The notes under the pieces are model-generated. The model saw nothing but the letters and a program-made list of their open reading frames with translations, was not told the DNA's origin and searched no databases. Positions 1-16,956 of a stretch of 64,000 nt of DNA are shown here, one piece after another (position 1 is the stretch's first letter; every line of letters begins with the position of its first letter). Origin of the DNA: the human T2T-CHM13v2.0 reference genome, Homo sapiens; assembly GCF_009914755.1 (NCBI RefSeq), contig NC_060927.1; one strand, written 5' to 3'. The position numbers and the translations under genes were made by a program.

Positions 1-83
1 ATATTCACCAGGCCATTTGCAACATTCCTTTTCTGGACTTCCTCACAAACAAACACATGGGAATATTGAATGAGGACCAGTGA
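1..83 (+). CDS. YEATS2: YEATS2 final coding exon, 3' part (C-terminus IHQAICNIPFLDFLTNKHMGILNEDQ*)
   Basis: Frame starting at 3 reads IHQAICNIPFLDFLTNKHMGILNEDQ, then TGA at 81-83. This matches the YEATS2 C-terminus as I recall it, and the position next to MAP6D1/PARL agrees. Confidence 0.9.
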   Translation, partial: IHQAICNIPFLDFLTNKHMGILNEDQ

Positions 84-1420
84 GCGGAGTGAGGTGCCCT
101 GGAGAAGCAGGCTTTGAAGGCACAGCGAAGCTGTAACTGAGGACCCTGCTGCTTGGGAAGGAGGTGGTTTCCAGTGTGACTCGGCATGTCATGGCTACCC
201 AACCTTTGCCGCTGCCTGTTCCCACGTGTCACCAGCACGCTGCACTCCAGATGAAATCCTCCTAGGACAGGAGTTTGTTTCCTGAGTGTGGAGTGAGGCT
301 GTCAGTGGATCCGTGCTTTGTCGGCCAGCGTTTCTGCAGTCTTTGTAAAGGCCCCACGAGAGCGGGCCAGGCCGTGTGCCTCAGGCCCTTCTCCCTGGGT
401 GTGCTTAAGGGGGCTCCTTGGGCCCGCCTCCCCAGGAGGTAGAAAATGAGTGGCAGGCTAGAGATTTCACCCATTTTGTGGGCTGGAGTTACCAGTAGCT
501 CCAGCAGTTACCCTGAAGAGAGATTGGGCTTCAGCCTTCAGCAGGTGGTTCTCTCCCATGCCTGGCCTTGGTGTGGAGGGGCTGTACTCTGAGCCCAAGT
601 GAGTCAGCTATAGGAAGAGGCCATACCTAGAGCCAAGAACCATGAAGGCCTGAGAGACGGCAGACTGAGCAGAATTCCTTTTTTGAGCACGAGAGCATTA
701 CTAGAACCATTGTCAAAGCAGTGGCAAGGGACGGAGAGGTCCCAACAGGAGTCAGGAAGAGGTTTGATTATAACCAAGAAAACTCACTATGCTAGGAATA
801 GACTGTGTGCACCAGTCCCAGACACTTGGCAGAAGTGTAGCAGCGTTACACATGTGTGCGAAGCAGATCGCAGGTTCCACGCCATCTGCATGGCCTGCAG
901 GAGCTTCTGCTGCTGACCCCATGCTGAGTGGCCAGTGGGGAGCGGCGCCCGGCAGGCTCTTCTGGGGTCGTCTGTCCTATCCGTGGATTGTATATACTCT
1001 TCTCTGTTAAGGAGTTTTTCCCAAGAAGAAAAGTATTTAAAAGAAATACCAGTGAGTGCCTTAAAGTTGGAGAAGTAACTGCCCATGCCCAGAAATAAGG
1101 ATGCCAGTGCCCAGAAGCAGTGAGATTAGTCTGTGTCCACAAGCAGAGGCCCCCTCGATGGGAGGGAGTGGCAGGCAGGAGAAGGTGGCGCTGCCAGGTG
1201 CCCGGGTCTATTGGAGGCGCCCCATCTCAGACTTCCTAACACAGCCTGTGTGGAAGGCAGAACAAAGAATGCATGCCCAGTCAGAAATCTGTTCTATTCT
1301 GCTCCAGGAAAATCGGAAACCTGTGAGTCAGAGTCAGAGAAACTTACCCAAGCAACGTAATTCCTGTTTTCATGGGTCCTGTAGATGTTTGAGTCAGGAA
1401 GGTAAGGCGGGGAGTGACTG

Positions 1421-1426
1421 AATAAA
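1421..1426 (+). terminator. Candidate proximal poly(A) signal of YEATS2
   Basis: AATAAA at 1421-1426, 25 nt before the 3' UTR Alu. Use is not provable from sequence. Confidence 0.4.
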
Positions 1427-1451
1427 CTCTGCCTTTTAAATTGAGCATCTG

Positions 1452-1739
1452 GGCCGGGCATGGTGGCTCACGCCTGTAATCCCAGCACTCTGGGAGGTCG
1501 AGGTGGGTGGGTCACCTGAGGTTGGGAGTTCGAGACCAGCCCGACCAACATGGTGAAACCCCGTCTCTACTAAAAATACAGAAAATTAGCTGGGCATGGT
1601 GGTGTGTGCCTGTAATTCCAGCTACTCGGGAGGCTGAGGCAGGAAGAATCACTTGAACCCAGGAGGCGGAGGTTGCAGTGTGCCAAGATCATACCACTGC
1701 ACTCCAGCCCTGGTGACAGAGGAGACCCCGTCTCAAAAA
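1452..1739 (+). mobile_element. AluS-like element in YEATS2 3' UTR
   Basis: Full dimeric Alu (GGCCGGGCATGGTGGCTCACGCC...). Near-perfect TSD aattgagcatctg (1439-1451) / aattcagcatctg (1750-1762). Confidence 0.95.
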
Positions 1740-2059
1740 TTGATTGATCAATTCAGCATCTGAGGGCTGCAAGTACAGAAGGAATCTATTCTCAGCAGGG
1801 CATAGGGCACGCACTGGCTTAACAGTTTAGTATATAAGGCTCAAATAGTCTATACCTGAACTGCTATAAGCAAGGTCGATAGGGAAGTGGATAGATTGCT
1901 TCAGCAAAGTGAACTGTGAGATCTCCAGGACAGAGGGAGAAAGATCTGATCCAAATGAGAACAGATTGGTTATTGCAGGTATCACAGCCTAAAGAAATTA
2001 TCTTTTTGCAAAAGAAATATTAAATGATTTAGCAGTCTCCACGTGTGTTAATGTTTCAA

Positions 2060-2140
2060 ACGTGTATCATAATGTGTATAATTGTGTAACAAAATTGTCT
2101 ACAATAAATCTTTTGGTATTTGTGGTGGGTGTTTCTGAGT
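2060..2140 (+). terminator. YEATS2 distal poly(A) site
   Basis: AATAAA 2103-2108, three upstream TGTA (CFIm-type) motifs at about 2063-2088, and a GU/U-rich downstream element ttttggtatttgtggtgggtgttt. Confidence 0.85.
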
Positions 2141-3187
2141 TTGAAGCATGGTACTCAGGCAGGGTTCTCCCTGCACTGGGATGAGGTGATGGTGTAGAGT
2201 CTTATTGATATGTTTAAATTAATTCCTCTGCTTCTTGCCAAAAAAAAAAAATGTTGCAACCGTATAAGATAAAGGATTACAGTTACATAAAAGTCTAAAA
2301 AAAATTTGGAAATGGACATAATTATTCCTGACAGCTTGGGGCAAAAGAAAACTGCATAAATGAGCTCAGAGCTTCCTTAAAGCCAAGGCAGAGAGAGAAT
2401 CAGCTCCTCGTGTCTAACAAAGAAACATACCGGGTTATCTGGCAGGGTAAAATTGGACTGTGTTGAGGACTGAAACAAGTCACTCCTGTGACACGGTCCT
2501 TATGCTGTGACCATCTGCTAGCATATGGCTCAGAAATAGTGAAAAATCCAGAAACGTAAGAGCTGAAAGATTTTGAAAGCTTTGGTTCTTCAAAGGCATT
2601 ATGATACAGTCCAAGTATGTAACTTTCTGGGGACCAGACTTTGCTGAGAGTCATAATGGAGAGTCAAAGAGTCTGATGGCTGAGAGGGATGTGCCTGGGC
2701 TTGCCTTCATAAATGTTCATTGTCTCAGCCAAGGTTTTGGCAGGAGCGAGAGCAGGCTCAGATCAGTGTCACAGGCAGTACCTTACGTGACTTGGACTCC
2801 AAGTTATTGATGGAAGGAGTCCTGTGTGAACGGGGCCAACAGAACTGGCTTTGGGGCTTCATCATCATCTTGACCCTGTTCAAAGGGGAGGTTCTTCCAT
2901 TTGTCTGGGGTGGGCTGCAGGGCCTAGCTTTTTTCAAAAGCTGCTTTTGGGAACGTGGCCTGAGTCCTGGAGTTCTGTACCATGGAGCACAGAGAGACGA
3001 GACCTTGTTCTAAATGCCTGCAAACCCCCTCGACTTGCGGAAGGATCTTTAGGACTTTCCACCTGCAGAGCGTCATAGTGCAGCCCGTGGCTGCTTGAGG
3101 CAGCTCCCGCAGTGGCAGCTTGGGTTGTGAAATAATTAAAAAGTTAACATTTTCTTTTGTCTGGAATTTGCTAACATGTTGAACTGC

Positions 3188-3880
<693 letters not shown>

Positions 3881-4102
3881 TAACATCTCTCAGTGCCTTT
3901 CTTTCAGTCTTATATGCGTATTATGTATGTGTGTGAGAGAGGATTGATTGATAGATAGCTATGAGTTGGGACCACATGGTTGAGACTTGTCTGTCTCAGT
4001 TGCTTCTTGGGTCACTTGCTGAACATGTTAGGCCTGATTATTTAGACCTAAGTGAGTGGGAAGGAGTTTCAGCATAACCCACATCTCCTCATAAAGAGGC
4101 CA

Positions 4103-4655
4103 GGCTGGGTGCAGTGGCTTACACCTGCAATCCCAGTGCTTTGTGGAGGCTGAGGCAGGAGGATTGCTTGAGCCCAGGAGTTCAGGACCAGCCTGGGCAA
4201 CCATAGGGAGACCCTGTTTCTACAAAATGTACAAAAATAAATAAAAAATGGCCGGGTGTGATAGCTCAACGCCTGTAATCCCAGCACTTTGGGAGGCTGA
4301 GATGGGAGGATCATCTGAGGTCAGGAGTTCGAGACCAGCCCAGCCAACATGACGCCCCGTCTCTACAAAAATTAGCTGGGCATGGTGGTGGGCGCCTGTA
4401 ATCCCAGCTACTCGGGAGGCTGAGGTGGGAGAATATCGCTTGAACGTGGGAGGCAGAGGTTGCAGTGAGCCGAGATTGCACCACTGCACTCCAGCCTGGG
4501 TGACAGCCAAAAAAAAAAAAAGCCAGGCATGGTGGCATGCCCCTGTGGTCCCAACTACTCGAGAGGCTGAGGCGGGAGGATCACTTGAGCCCAGGAGGTT
4601 GAGGATGCAGTGAGCAGTGTTCACACCACTGGGTGACAAAGCAAGACCCTGCCTC
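4103..4655 (+). mobile_element. AluS (4250-4521) nested in the A-rich linker of an older AluJ-like element
   Basis: Left monomer, then a complete Alu, then the right monomer. Confidence 0.85.
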
Positions 4656-5444
4656 GATGATGATGCACCCTCAGAGCAACACTGGAGTTGGTGTCTGTGA
4701 AAAGCTGTCTGCTGTGCATTGCAGAGGCTCTTGACCATCTGTTTGTTTGTCTTGCAGTCAGGCCTGTCTGGTGTGGCGAGGCCTCCACTGCGGCTGCCCC
4801 ACCAGCACTGCCAGGAAGGGGCAGGCCCGGTTGGTCCTGGCTGAGCTGCAGCAGAGCTGACCAGCCCATTATAGGAAAAGAACAAACAAGCATCCGGGCG
4901 CTGTGCAGGGTGACGTTGGCCAGGGGGGGTGAGGGGCTGGGAGCACACGGCATCAAGCTAGAGGATGCTGGGAGCTGCAGGTGGGAACACAGCTGGCTCC
5001 CAGGGAAAGTGAGGAGGGGGGACTAAGGCAGGAAAGAATAATCCTAACACCTGTGCCTCAGTTATTTCCTGTACTGAGCACCCCACCCATAAACATGGAT
5101 GCTCTTGGCAAGCCACAAGGTGTAGCTGGTAGCGTCGTCACTTCTCAGTGAAGAAACGGAACCCCAGTTGCTCACAGGTAGCAAGTGAAGCTGGGATTAG
5201 AGCCTGAGGAGCTTCAGAGAGAGGCGCCTGGGTGAGGGTAGGGGACGGGTGGGTTCTGTGGGCTGCACCTACCACATGTGCTCTGCACCCCACAGCAAGA
5301 AGTGCTCAGCATCAACAGGCCTCTGAGGTGTGGCGGCAGCTGGGCCACACTGAAGTCCTTAGCACCAAGAGACTGGAGAAAACAAGCGTGAGAAGACTCG
5401 TGCTTATAATTTAAGAAACTGAAACTACATTTTTGCATTTTAGT

Positions 5445-6863
5445 AAAATCTGAGATTGTACAGTTTTTAATCTCATTTCCACAGACACCCAGCAGGCAGC
5501 CTCTTTTCTCTTAGAAAAATCAAACATGCAAGCCGTGAAGTCAGGAATAGCTGAACCCCTTGGATAAGCACACGCTTTGGGCTTCTTTAAAGCGAGCCTC
5601 TCATCAAGAGCATTTCCTTTGCTGGCATGAGGGGAGGGCTGTGCCTGCCAGGGCTAGCACCTGGGAGGGACGCTGACAGGCAGCCGGAGCTGGAACCACT
5701 GTCCCACCTGCACGTCTGGTGGCTCTGAGACCCGAGTGCCACCACCTGCAGCTTAAATGCTCGTCTCACTAGAGCCACTTGTGGGCTGGAGAGGAAGAAA
5801 GATCCAAAGGGAAATCCACAAATTTCCTTACTGAAGACTGTCCTGAGCTTGTACCTCTAAGCTTTAAAAAGAGACGAAGACCCCTCAAATGTGTGAAGGC
5901 ACCAGGCGTGACCCATGTGGCCATGCTGGCTGGAATTTACGGAGGAAGTTAGGAGAGAGCTTTGCAAAGAAAATGAACTGCCTCTTCAAAAGGTGGTGAG
6001 TTCCCCGTCACTGTACATGTGAGCAGGGTAGACGGAAGGGTTGGTGTAGAGGACATTTTAAGGTATTTCAGGGAATGAGACAAATGCCACCTTCCCAAAA
6101 ACAGTTCCAGTTCTCAGCCAGTGTGTATGATAGTGCCCTGCTCATCATCCTTATGTTAGCGGGAAAATCATTAGTAACAAAATGTGGATTCAATCTTTAG
6201 AACCTACCACAAGTTAAATGTGAGTCATTCAATCCCAAGAACTGTTTTGTTAAAACACGAGGCTCATCTTGGCCATAAGGAGGTCTGTGAAGTGGAAGCC
6301 CGTGACTGACGGTCTGTTTCTTCTGGAAATTTCCTCCTGGATACTCAGCATCACCATGAGTCATGCAGGTGACGGCCCAAGATTCCAACAGCTTCAACTG
6401 CAGGGGCCATTTGTAGGAAGAGCCAAGGGTCTCACTGTAGGTTATGAAATTAATCAAGTGCTCACGCATCCTGGGAAATCCACCAAAAGTGGACATAACT
6501 GGTTCTTTCAAGGGCCGGATGTGTCCACATTCCTCAGCTTCCATGGACCAATTCGGTTCCCAACTGACTTGATCCTCAGGCTCCTCAGAGATTTCAAAAC
6601 TGAGAGACGGCCAGATGGCAGTTAACGAACGCGGGAGCCTTCCACAGGCTTCTCAAGAGGATGCTTGAGGCTGAGCTGGGTGTGCCAAGTCCATCAGTGC
6701 ATCTGCTCCACACCAGCACTTTGGCCCTGGTGACAGCTTTGAGAGGGGCTGTGCCCTCCCGCAGGGGCCCATGCCATGCTCTCGCCCAGCCCCGCGGCAG
6801 TGGGTCCTGAGGCTGCTCCCCAGCCCTGTCCTGTCGGCAGCCATGGTGTCACGGTGCAGGCAG
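5445..6863 (-). other. MAP6D1: MAP6D1 3' UTR
   Basis: Lies between the stop codon (6864) and a minus-strand ATTAAA (tttaat at 5466-5471). The end is approximate. Confidence 0.65.
5466..5471 (-). terminator. Probable MAP6D1 poly(A) signal (ATTAAA)
   Basis: tttaat on + in an AT-rich patch about 1.4 kb past the stop, followed by U-rich sequence on the minus strand. Confidence 0.55.
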
Positions 6864-6944
6864 TCACACGTTGAGAATCCGGGGAGCTGAGGCCTGAAAG
6901 ATGGCGGAGGGGTTAGGAGTGAACTTCTTCCTCACCTCTGGGAC
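6864..6944 (-). CDS. MAP6D1: MAP6D1 exon 3 coding part (VPEVRKKFTPNPSAIFQASAPRILNV*)
   Basis: Acceptor ttcatttttcag|GTC, phase 0, 81 nt ending in TGA. Total CDS 401+118+81=600 nt, i.e. 199 aa. Confidence 0.95.
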   Translation of the reverse strand, partial: VPEVRKKFTPNPSAIFQASAPRILNV

Positions 6945-7417
6945 CTGAAAAATGAAGTGTGGCCACATATCAGTGGGACTTTTCCTTAACTCCCTACTCT
7001 TCCCCACTACCCAGCTCCAGGAAAAAATCCCCTCCCATCCTCTGCATCCTCCAGGAGTTGAGACCTGAAGGGTCAGAGGGGACTTGCCCACCGTGAGCCA
7101 TAGGCGTCACTGCATTAGCAGCTGAGTGGTACACGGACCTTCCATTCTGCTCCCTGAACCACTTGGGAATCGGAGCTGAGATGCCCCCACTCCCTTCCAT
7201 CGTCTCTTTCCTCTTACACAAATGCTGTGGTACTCAGGCCAGTCACTAGCGTTCAGTGGCCAAGGGTAAGATGGGGATTTAGGAGGCAGAGAGACCCTGC
7301 TCACCAGAGAGGCCAACGCTAGAGGGCCACCCAGCTGGCTACTGATGAGGAAGTACCTTGGGTTTTTGTTCGGGACATCTGGTTGGCACTGCTGTCCCTG
7401 GTCATAATTGCATTTTA

Positions 7418-7867
<450 letters not shown>

Positions 7868-9991
7868 TCACCCCGGTCCCTAAGGAAGTAGGAGAGGAAG
7901 CTTATTCTCACACTGCAGGCGAGCGGCAGGGTCAGGGCAGAGCTCAGTTAGCACCTGGGTCTCATTCAGAACGCAACAGCACCTGGCACTGCTGGGTCTT
8001 GGAGACGAGCAGCCCCGGTGCTATACCTGCACCCCCTGCGATTCTCCCACACCTGCCCCTCCAGAGCCAGGCTGCTTCAAGAGACCCAGGTCATGGTGAC
8101 TGCTTATGCCTGAAGAGGAAATGCCCTCAGCACCGGGCACAGCCCTGGCTTGCCAGACCCGCTTAAGACTGAAAAGAAAAATAAGGCTCAGAACTTTTAG
8201 TTTTTTATACTTTGTCTCATTAACTCATGCAGAAGAATGGATCGCAGTGACCATCTCAAAAGACTCCAAGGTGGCCTGGCCTTTGCACAGCTCTGTGCAT
8301 GGTGGAGGGAGTGGATCATGCGCTGTTGCTGAGCCTGTGGCGGGGAGGGTGGTGTGATGGGGGAAGGCGGGCCCTGGAGGGAGAGGATGAGGCTGGCACC
8401 GCTAGCTCCATGTACCGGGAGCAGCTTTCTCCATGAAAAGACAGTGCTTCCATTTCTCTGAACAAAAGGGACCTCCTTTAATTCTACCCACTCCTCTGCA
8501 AGATGGGGAGCTCAGAAGGCAGAAGTCCCTGTGTCCCAGGAGCACCTGGCCAAGGCGGAAGTGTCCAGCTAGCTGGGCCTGGCACCCACGTGTGCGGAGT
8601 TGCTCCTGCCCAGGCTGGACACTGCCGGGGTTGGGCTTCAGGCCCTGAGGTCAACAAAGCTGCCTTTCTCCTTGGCAGCTGCAAAGCTGGGGCACCACTG
8701 GGCAGGCTGCGTGGGCAGGGAATGGCTGTGTCCATGGCCAGCACTGGGGTGCCAGGAGGAGAGCTAGGCCGGGGCCCCGTCAGGTAATTTTCACTCCCGA
8801 AGCCGCGAGCTTCTGAAGACCAGCTGCCCAAACCATATGCTGCTCTGTTCCTCCTGCGGAAGCAGGTCCTCCCCTGGGCGCGCCCTTCTGTCCCCAAAAC
8901 ACTTCACATGCCCACGCTGAGCCTTGGGCCTGGCATCCTGAGCCCGCTGCCCTGAGGTGGCTGCAGGGGTCTCAGAGCAGGAAGCCACCAGAGCCACAGA
9001 CGACAGCAATCCTGGCGGCCGCCAGAGGAGGAACCCGGGGCTGGAGCCCAGATGGGAGAGGGGACCTTAAAGATGGAATGGGCAGGACCCGGTGACTGCC
9101 TGGAGAGAAAGAAAACAGACTCATGGCTCAGGCCAAGATTAGTAAGAAATACAGGCCTCCCTGCCTGCTGTGCCCCCATACAGTGCTCAAGCATGTTCCG
9201 GCATCAGCCCCGGACAGAGGATTGGGAGGCCTGGGTTCTCAGCCCAACATGGCTTCAGACACATTCCTCAACTTCCCTGAGCCTCAGTTTCTTCTGAAAA
9301 GTGGGGCTGCTGACCCATGTGCCTGAGGCTGTTGTGAGTCTTCGTTTCGGGCACTCAGTAAAGTGGGGCCAAGTCTTGTGGAACTTGAATATCAGCCCTT
9401 TAACTGCCCCACCTAGGAAGGAAGGAGGGAAGCAACCAGGGAGCAAGGACTGCCTTCCAGAAGTGGGCGGGGCTAGCACCTGGGCCAAAGATGCCCAATG
9501 GCCCAGAGAGAATTCAGAGGGGGCCTGTCAGGTGGAAGGAGCCAGGCTGGATGTGGGTAGGACCTGCTGTGCCCATGTGGCCAGGCAGGCAAGGCAGATC
9601 AACTCACGTGCAGACCAGAAGCCAGCAAGGCAGGTCCTGCAGGGGTGAAGAAGCTGAGGCCCGGGGATCCTGGGTACTCCCTCAAGAACCTTGAGTTAGG
9701 AGTGGCCTCACATCTTCAGGATTCCTGGCTCTGTTCGTTTCCTTGGCTTTCTGAATTTCTTAAGTTTGCTTAGATGATGTACATCTTACAAGACAAGGCT
9801 GGAGGGAGTGGCTTGTATCAGGTCCCAGAGCTGGAAGGTGGGGGTCCCAGAGGCCCACTGGCATGGCGCTGGGAGGGTCAAGTTCAACAGTGATCCTGTG
9901 TTTCTGCCCGAATTGGGGGCAGGGGTCCAGGCAGCCAAGCTCTTGCTATTCCTGCTTTTCGGATGAAGAAAGGGTCAGAGAGGCTGACCCA

Positions 9992-10714
<723 letters not shown>

Positions 10715-10971
10715 TCAGGACACAGTTCAAGAAAGCAAGTGACTCCAAGGAGGCAGCTCTTAAGGGATGAAAACCCATGGGGGCTACAAATTTGATCTCT
10801 GGGGCAAGTCACACGGGTTCCACTCCCTTCTCTGCCATTCAGAGCTGTGCCAGCCACTCAGTTTCCTTGTCTGTAGAATGGGGACGGCAAGCACTACACG
10901 AAGGCTGCAGGGGGCTAACCTCAGGGAGTGCTGAGCCTGGTGTGCGTTAAAGCAGAGAAGGCGACAGCTAG

Positions 10972-13346
<2,375 letters not shown>

Positions 13347-14224
13347 TCAAAAGAGCAGAGTGAAAAGCCTTCCACCCCTGGCAGTCCCTATCAAGTTCCT
13401 CTCCCTAACGGTACCATCTCCTCAGACATCCATCAGGGCATCCTGTGCTTATTTGAGCATATGTGTGTATATTAATACCCCTTTTTAAAACACAAATAGC
13501 CTACGTGCTGCTGGGCACCTTGCTTTTTTGGTATGCGTATATTTAAGATCCGCTGGGTTTCAGTATCCCATTTCATGGCTGTGCTATAATTAACCAGTTC
13601 CCTACATCAGCAGGACAAGGGGTTTGTTGTACAATGTCTCCACCTATCTTACGCTCCTGAGCTCCCACCCTACCTTGTAGGATACCTGTAGGGAAAATTC
13701 CTAGTAGTGAAATAGCTGCATCAAAGGAAAAGTAGTGCTTTTAATAGTCCCACATTAGAAACACCCTAAATAGTCAATGGTAAGGAAGTAGATAAATAAA
13801 ACTTGAAGATATAAAGGCATATCCATAGGATAAAATACTGCACGTTTATTAAAATTCATGTTGCAGAACATGTAGTAACACGGACAGACTTCTACAACTG
13901 GTGAAAAAAGTGTACAGTAAGAATCTAACCACGTAAAAATATATCAGTGCATATGCACCAAATGCACATTACGGAGTAGAAAGAACTCGTCTGGGGAGGG
14001 ATCAAGGAGATACGTATTTTGTTGTAATTTCTGTACTTTCCCATTTTTCTACAGTATGAATTACTTTTGTGGTAAGAGGAAAAAAGGGAGAAAGCCCTCG
14101 GCTGTCCAGGAGCAGAGCTGGGCTGGGAGGTGGGGAGGGCCCGCGGACCCGTTCTCCCTGAAAGCCCCTGTCACAGTGGGACTCTGAAGGGCTCACCCAC
14201 ACGGGACCCTGCGCTCGGTCCTCA

Positions 14225-15304
<1,080 letters not shown>

Positions 15305-16068
15305 TTACAAGTGTCCATCTCGAAGAATGCCTCAGAATTGAATCCAAAGTTCCCTCAGTGTCATCTTATAAATGGCCCCGGCTTCGCAGAGGCCAAGGGC
15401 CCGATGGTCGCAGCTGGGAGCAGTCCGCCAGCCGGGAGGTTCTCCATGTGGCCTCGGGACGCCCAGCGACTGCTGCATTTGTGCCAGGCTGCACCGCATG
15501 GACTCCGCGGGCACAGGGGCAGGTGCAGCAATGAGGGTGTCAGAGAAGACTCGGGGCCCTGCTTCCCGGAGAACACGTGTTTCAGTCAGCCTGTGAGTCG
15601 CCGCCTATTTGCCTTTAGGATGCTAGTCTACATTTGTGACAACCAATCCACTTTTCATTAGAATTGGCATTAGCCACCAATCGACCTTTCCCTGGGTTCT
15701 GAAATTCCTAATTTTAAAGCATGGCCATTTGCAAAAGCTTTAGTTTGATAAAGCGGCCACAGAACTGGCCACAAGGCTATCAAGTTCCTTTCCTCCTGTG
15801 CATGCACGGCTGTTTTCAGGCAGAGCTGTTGAGGGATCCTCCAGCGTAAAGGCAGGTCTGTTCAATGCAGGACACCGTCTCAAACAACTCCCTGACCACC
15901 CACAAACGCTTTTCTGAATATTTGACACATGCTCTCGGTATACACTGCAGACCAATTACTAATAACACTACTGAGACAGCATTAATTACCCAGAGCTCCA
16001 TTTCAAGGTTGTACTTGGAAGGTATCCAGTCTGCGCCTGGGAGGGGACTGCAGCACATCCCTGGCCAG

Positions 16069-16225
16069 TCAGAAAACAGATTCATCTCCCAAAACATTGC
16101 CTGTCTTAGCTTGAAGTTGTAGCAAAGTGACATGACGGCTGCCTAGAAGTGGCAGCAGGTCAGCTGAGCAGGCCAGGCCATGTCCCAGCAGGCAGCAGGC
16201 GAGGCGCCAGGTGTAGAGGGAGATC
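16069..16225 (-). CDS. PARL: Candidate alternative PARL terminal exon
   Basis: Acceptor tgtgtgtcattttccag|G. Open for 52 codons in the phase left by exon 9, ending TGA at 16071-16069. Confidence 0.5.
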
Positions 16226-16301
16226 CTGGAAAATGACACACAGGGGCCGGGTCAGAGTGAACTCTTTGTGGACTGTCCGCCACGGCCCTGGGTTAGCCAG
16301 C

Positions 16302-16316
16302 CTGGCAGATGGCGCT
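16302..16316 (+). promoter_or_regulatory. CTCF-like motif
   Basis: ctggcagatggcgct, one mismatch to the core consensus. Confidence 0.45.
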
Positions 16317-16661
16317 TGGGACTAAAATTCTCCATCTCGCAGGAAAAGAGAGCAGCTCTCTTTTTATTACTTCATTGATCAAACAACAGTCAAAGAGCAG
16401 TTGCTATGTGCTAGGAATAATTCTGGGTGCCTTCAGGAGGTTTAGTGTGGTAGTGAGGGACGGAAGGAAGTGTAATCGAACTGACAAGGCCAGGTCAGCA
16501 TGAGAGGGAGGCAGGCTGGGGAAAGCTGGACTCGCCACCTGTTGTGAGGGAGGGTGGTTGGGCCAGGTGGGAATGTAGGTCACGGGGGAGGAGGGTTCAG
16601 CTGAGGTAGCAGACCATGGAGGGTCTTGGTGGCCACACTAAGGAATTTTAGCTTTTCATAT

Positions 16662-16956
16662 GGCCGGGTGCAGATGGCTCATGCGTGGAATCCCAGCACT
16701 TTGGGAGGCTGAGGCAAGAGGACTGCTTGAGCCCAGGAGTTTGAGAACTGCCTGGGCAACACAGTGAGACCCTGTCTCTACAAAAAACTTTTAAAAATTA
16801 GCCAGGCGTGGTAGTGTGTGCCTGCAGTGCCAGCTACTTGGAGGCTGAGGCTTGAGCCCAGGACTTCAAGGCTACAGTGAGCTATGATTGCACCACTGAA
16901 CTCCAGCCTGGACGAGAGAGAGAGAGAGAGAGAGACCCTGTCTCAAATAAATAAAA
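16662..16956 (+). mobile_element. AluJ-like element with internal (GA)n, inside L2-like sequence
   Basis: Alu consensus match; (GA)n at about 16914-16935. Confidence 0.9.

Larger units (their letters stand above)
84..2125 (+). other. YEATS2: YEATS2 3' UTR (~2 kb, contains a sense Alu)
   Basis: Runs from the stop codon to AATAAA 2103-2108. A Pumilio-type TGTATATA lies at 989-996. The 3' end is approximate. Confidence 0.8.

Noticed and set aside
4220-4948. 242-aa minus-strand ORF and the many 60-150 aa ORFs with [16 protein letters not shown] text
   Set aside because: These are translations of Alu sequence.
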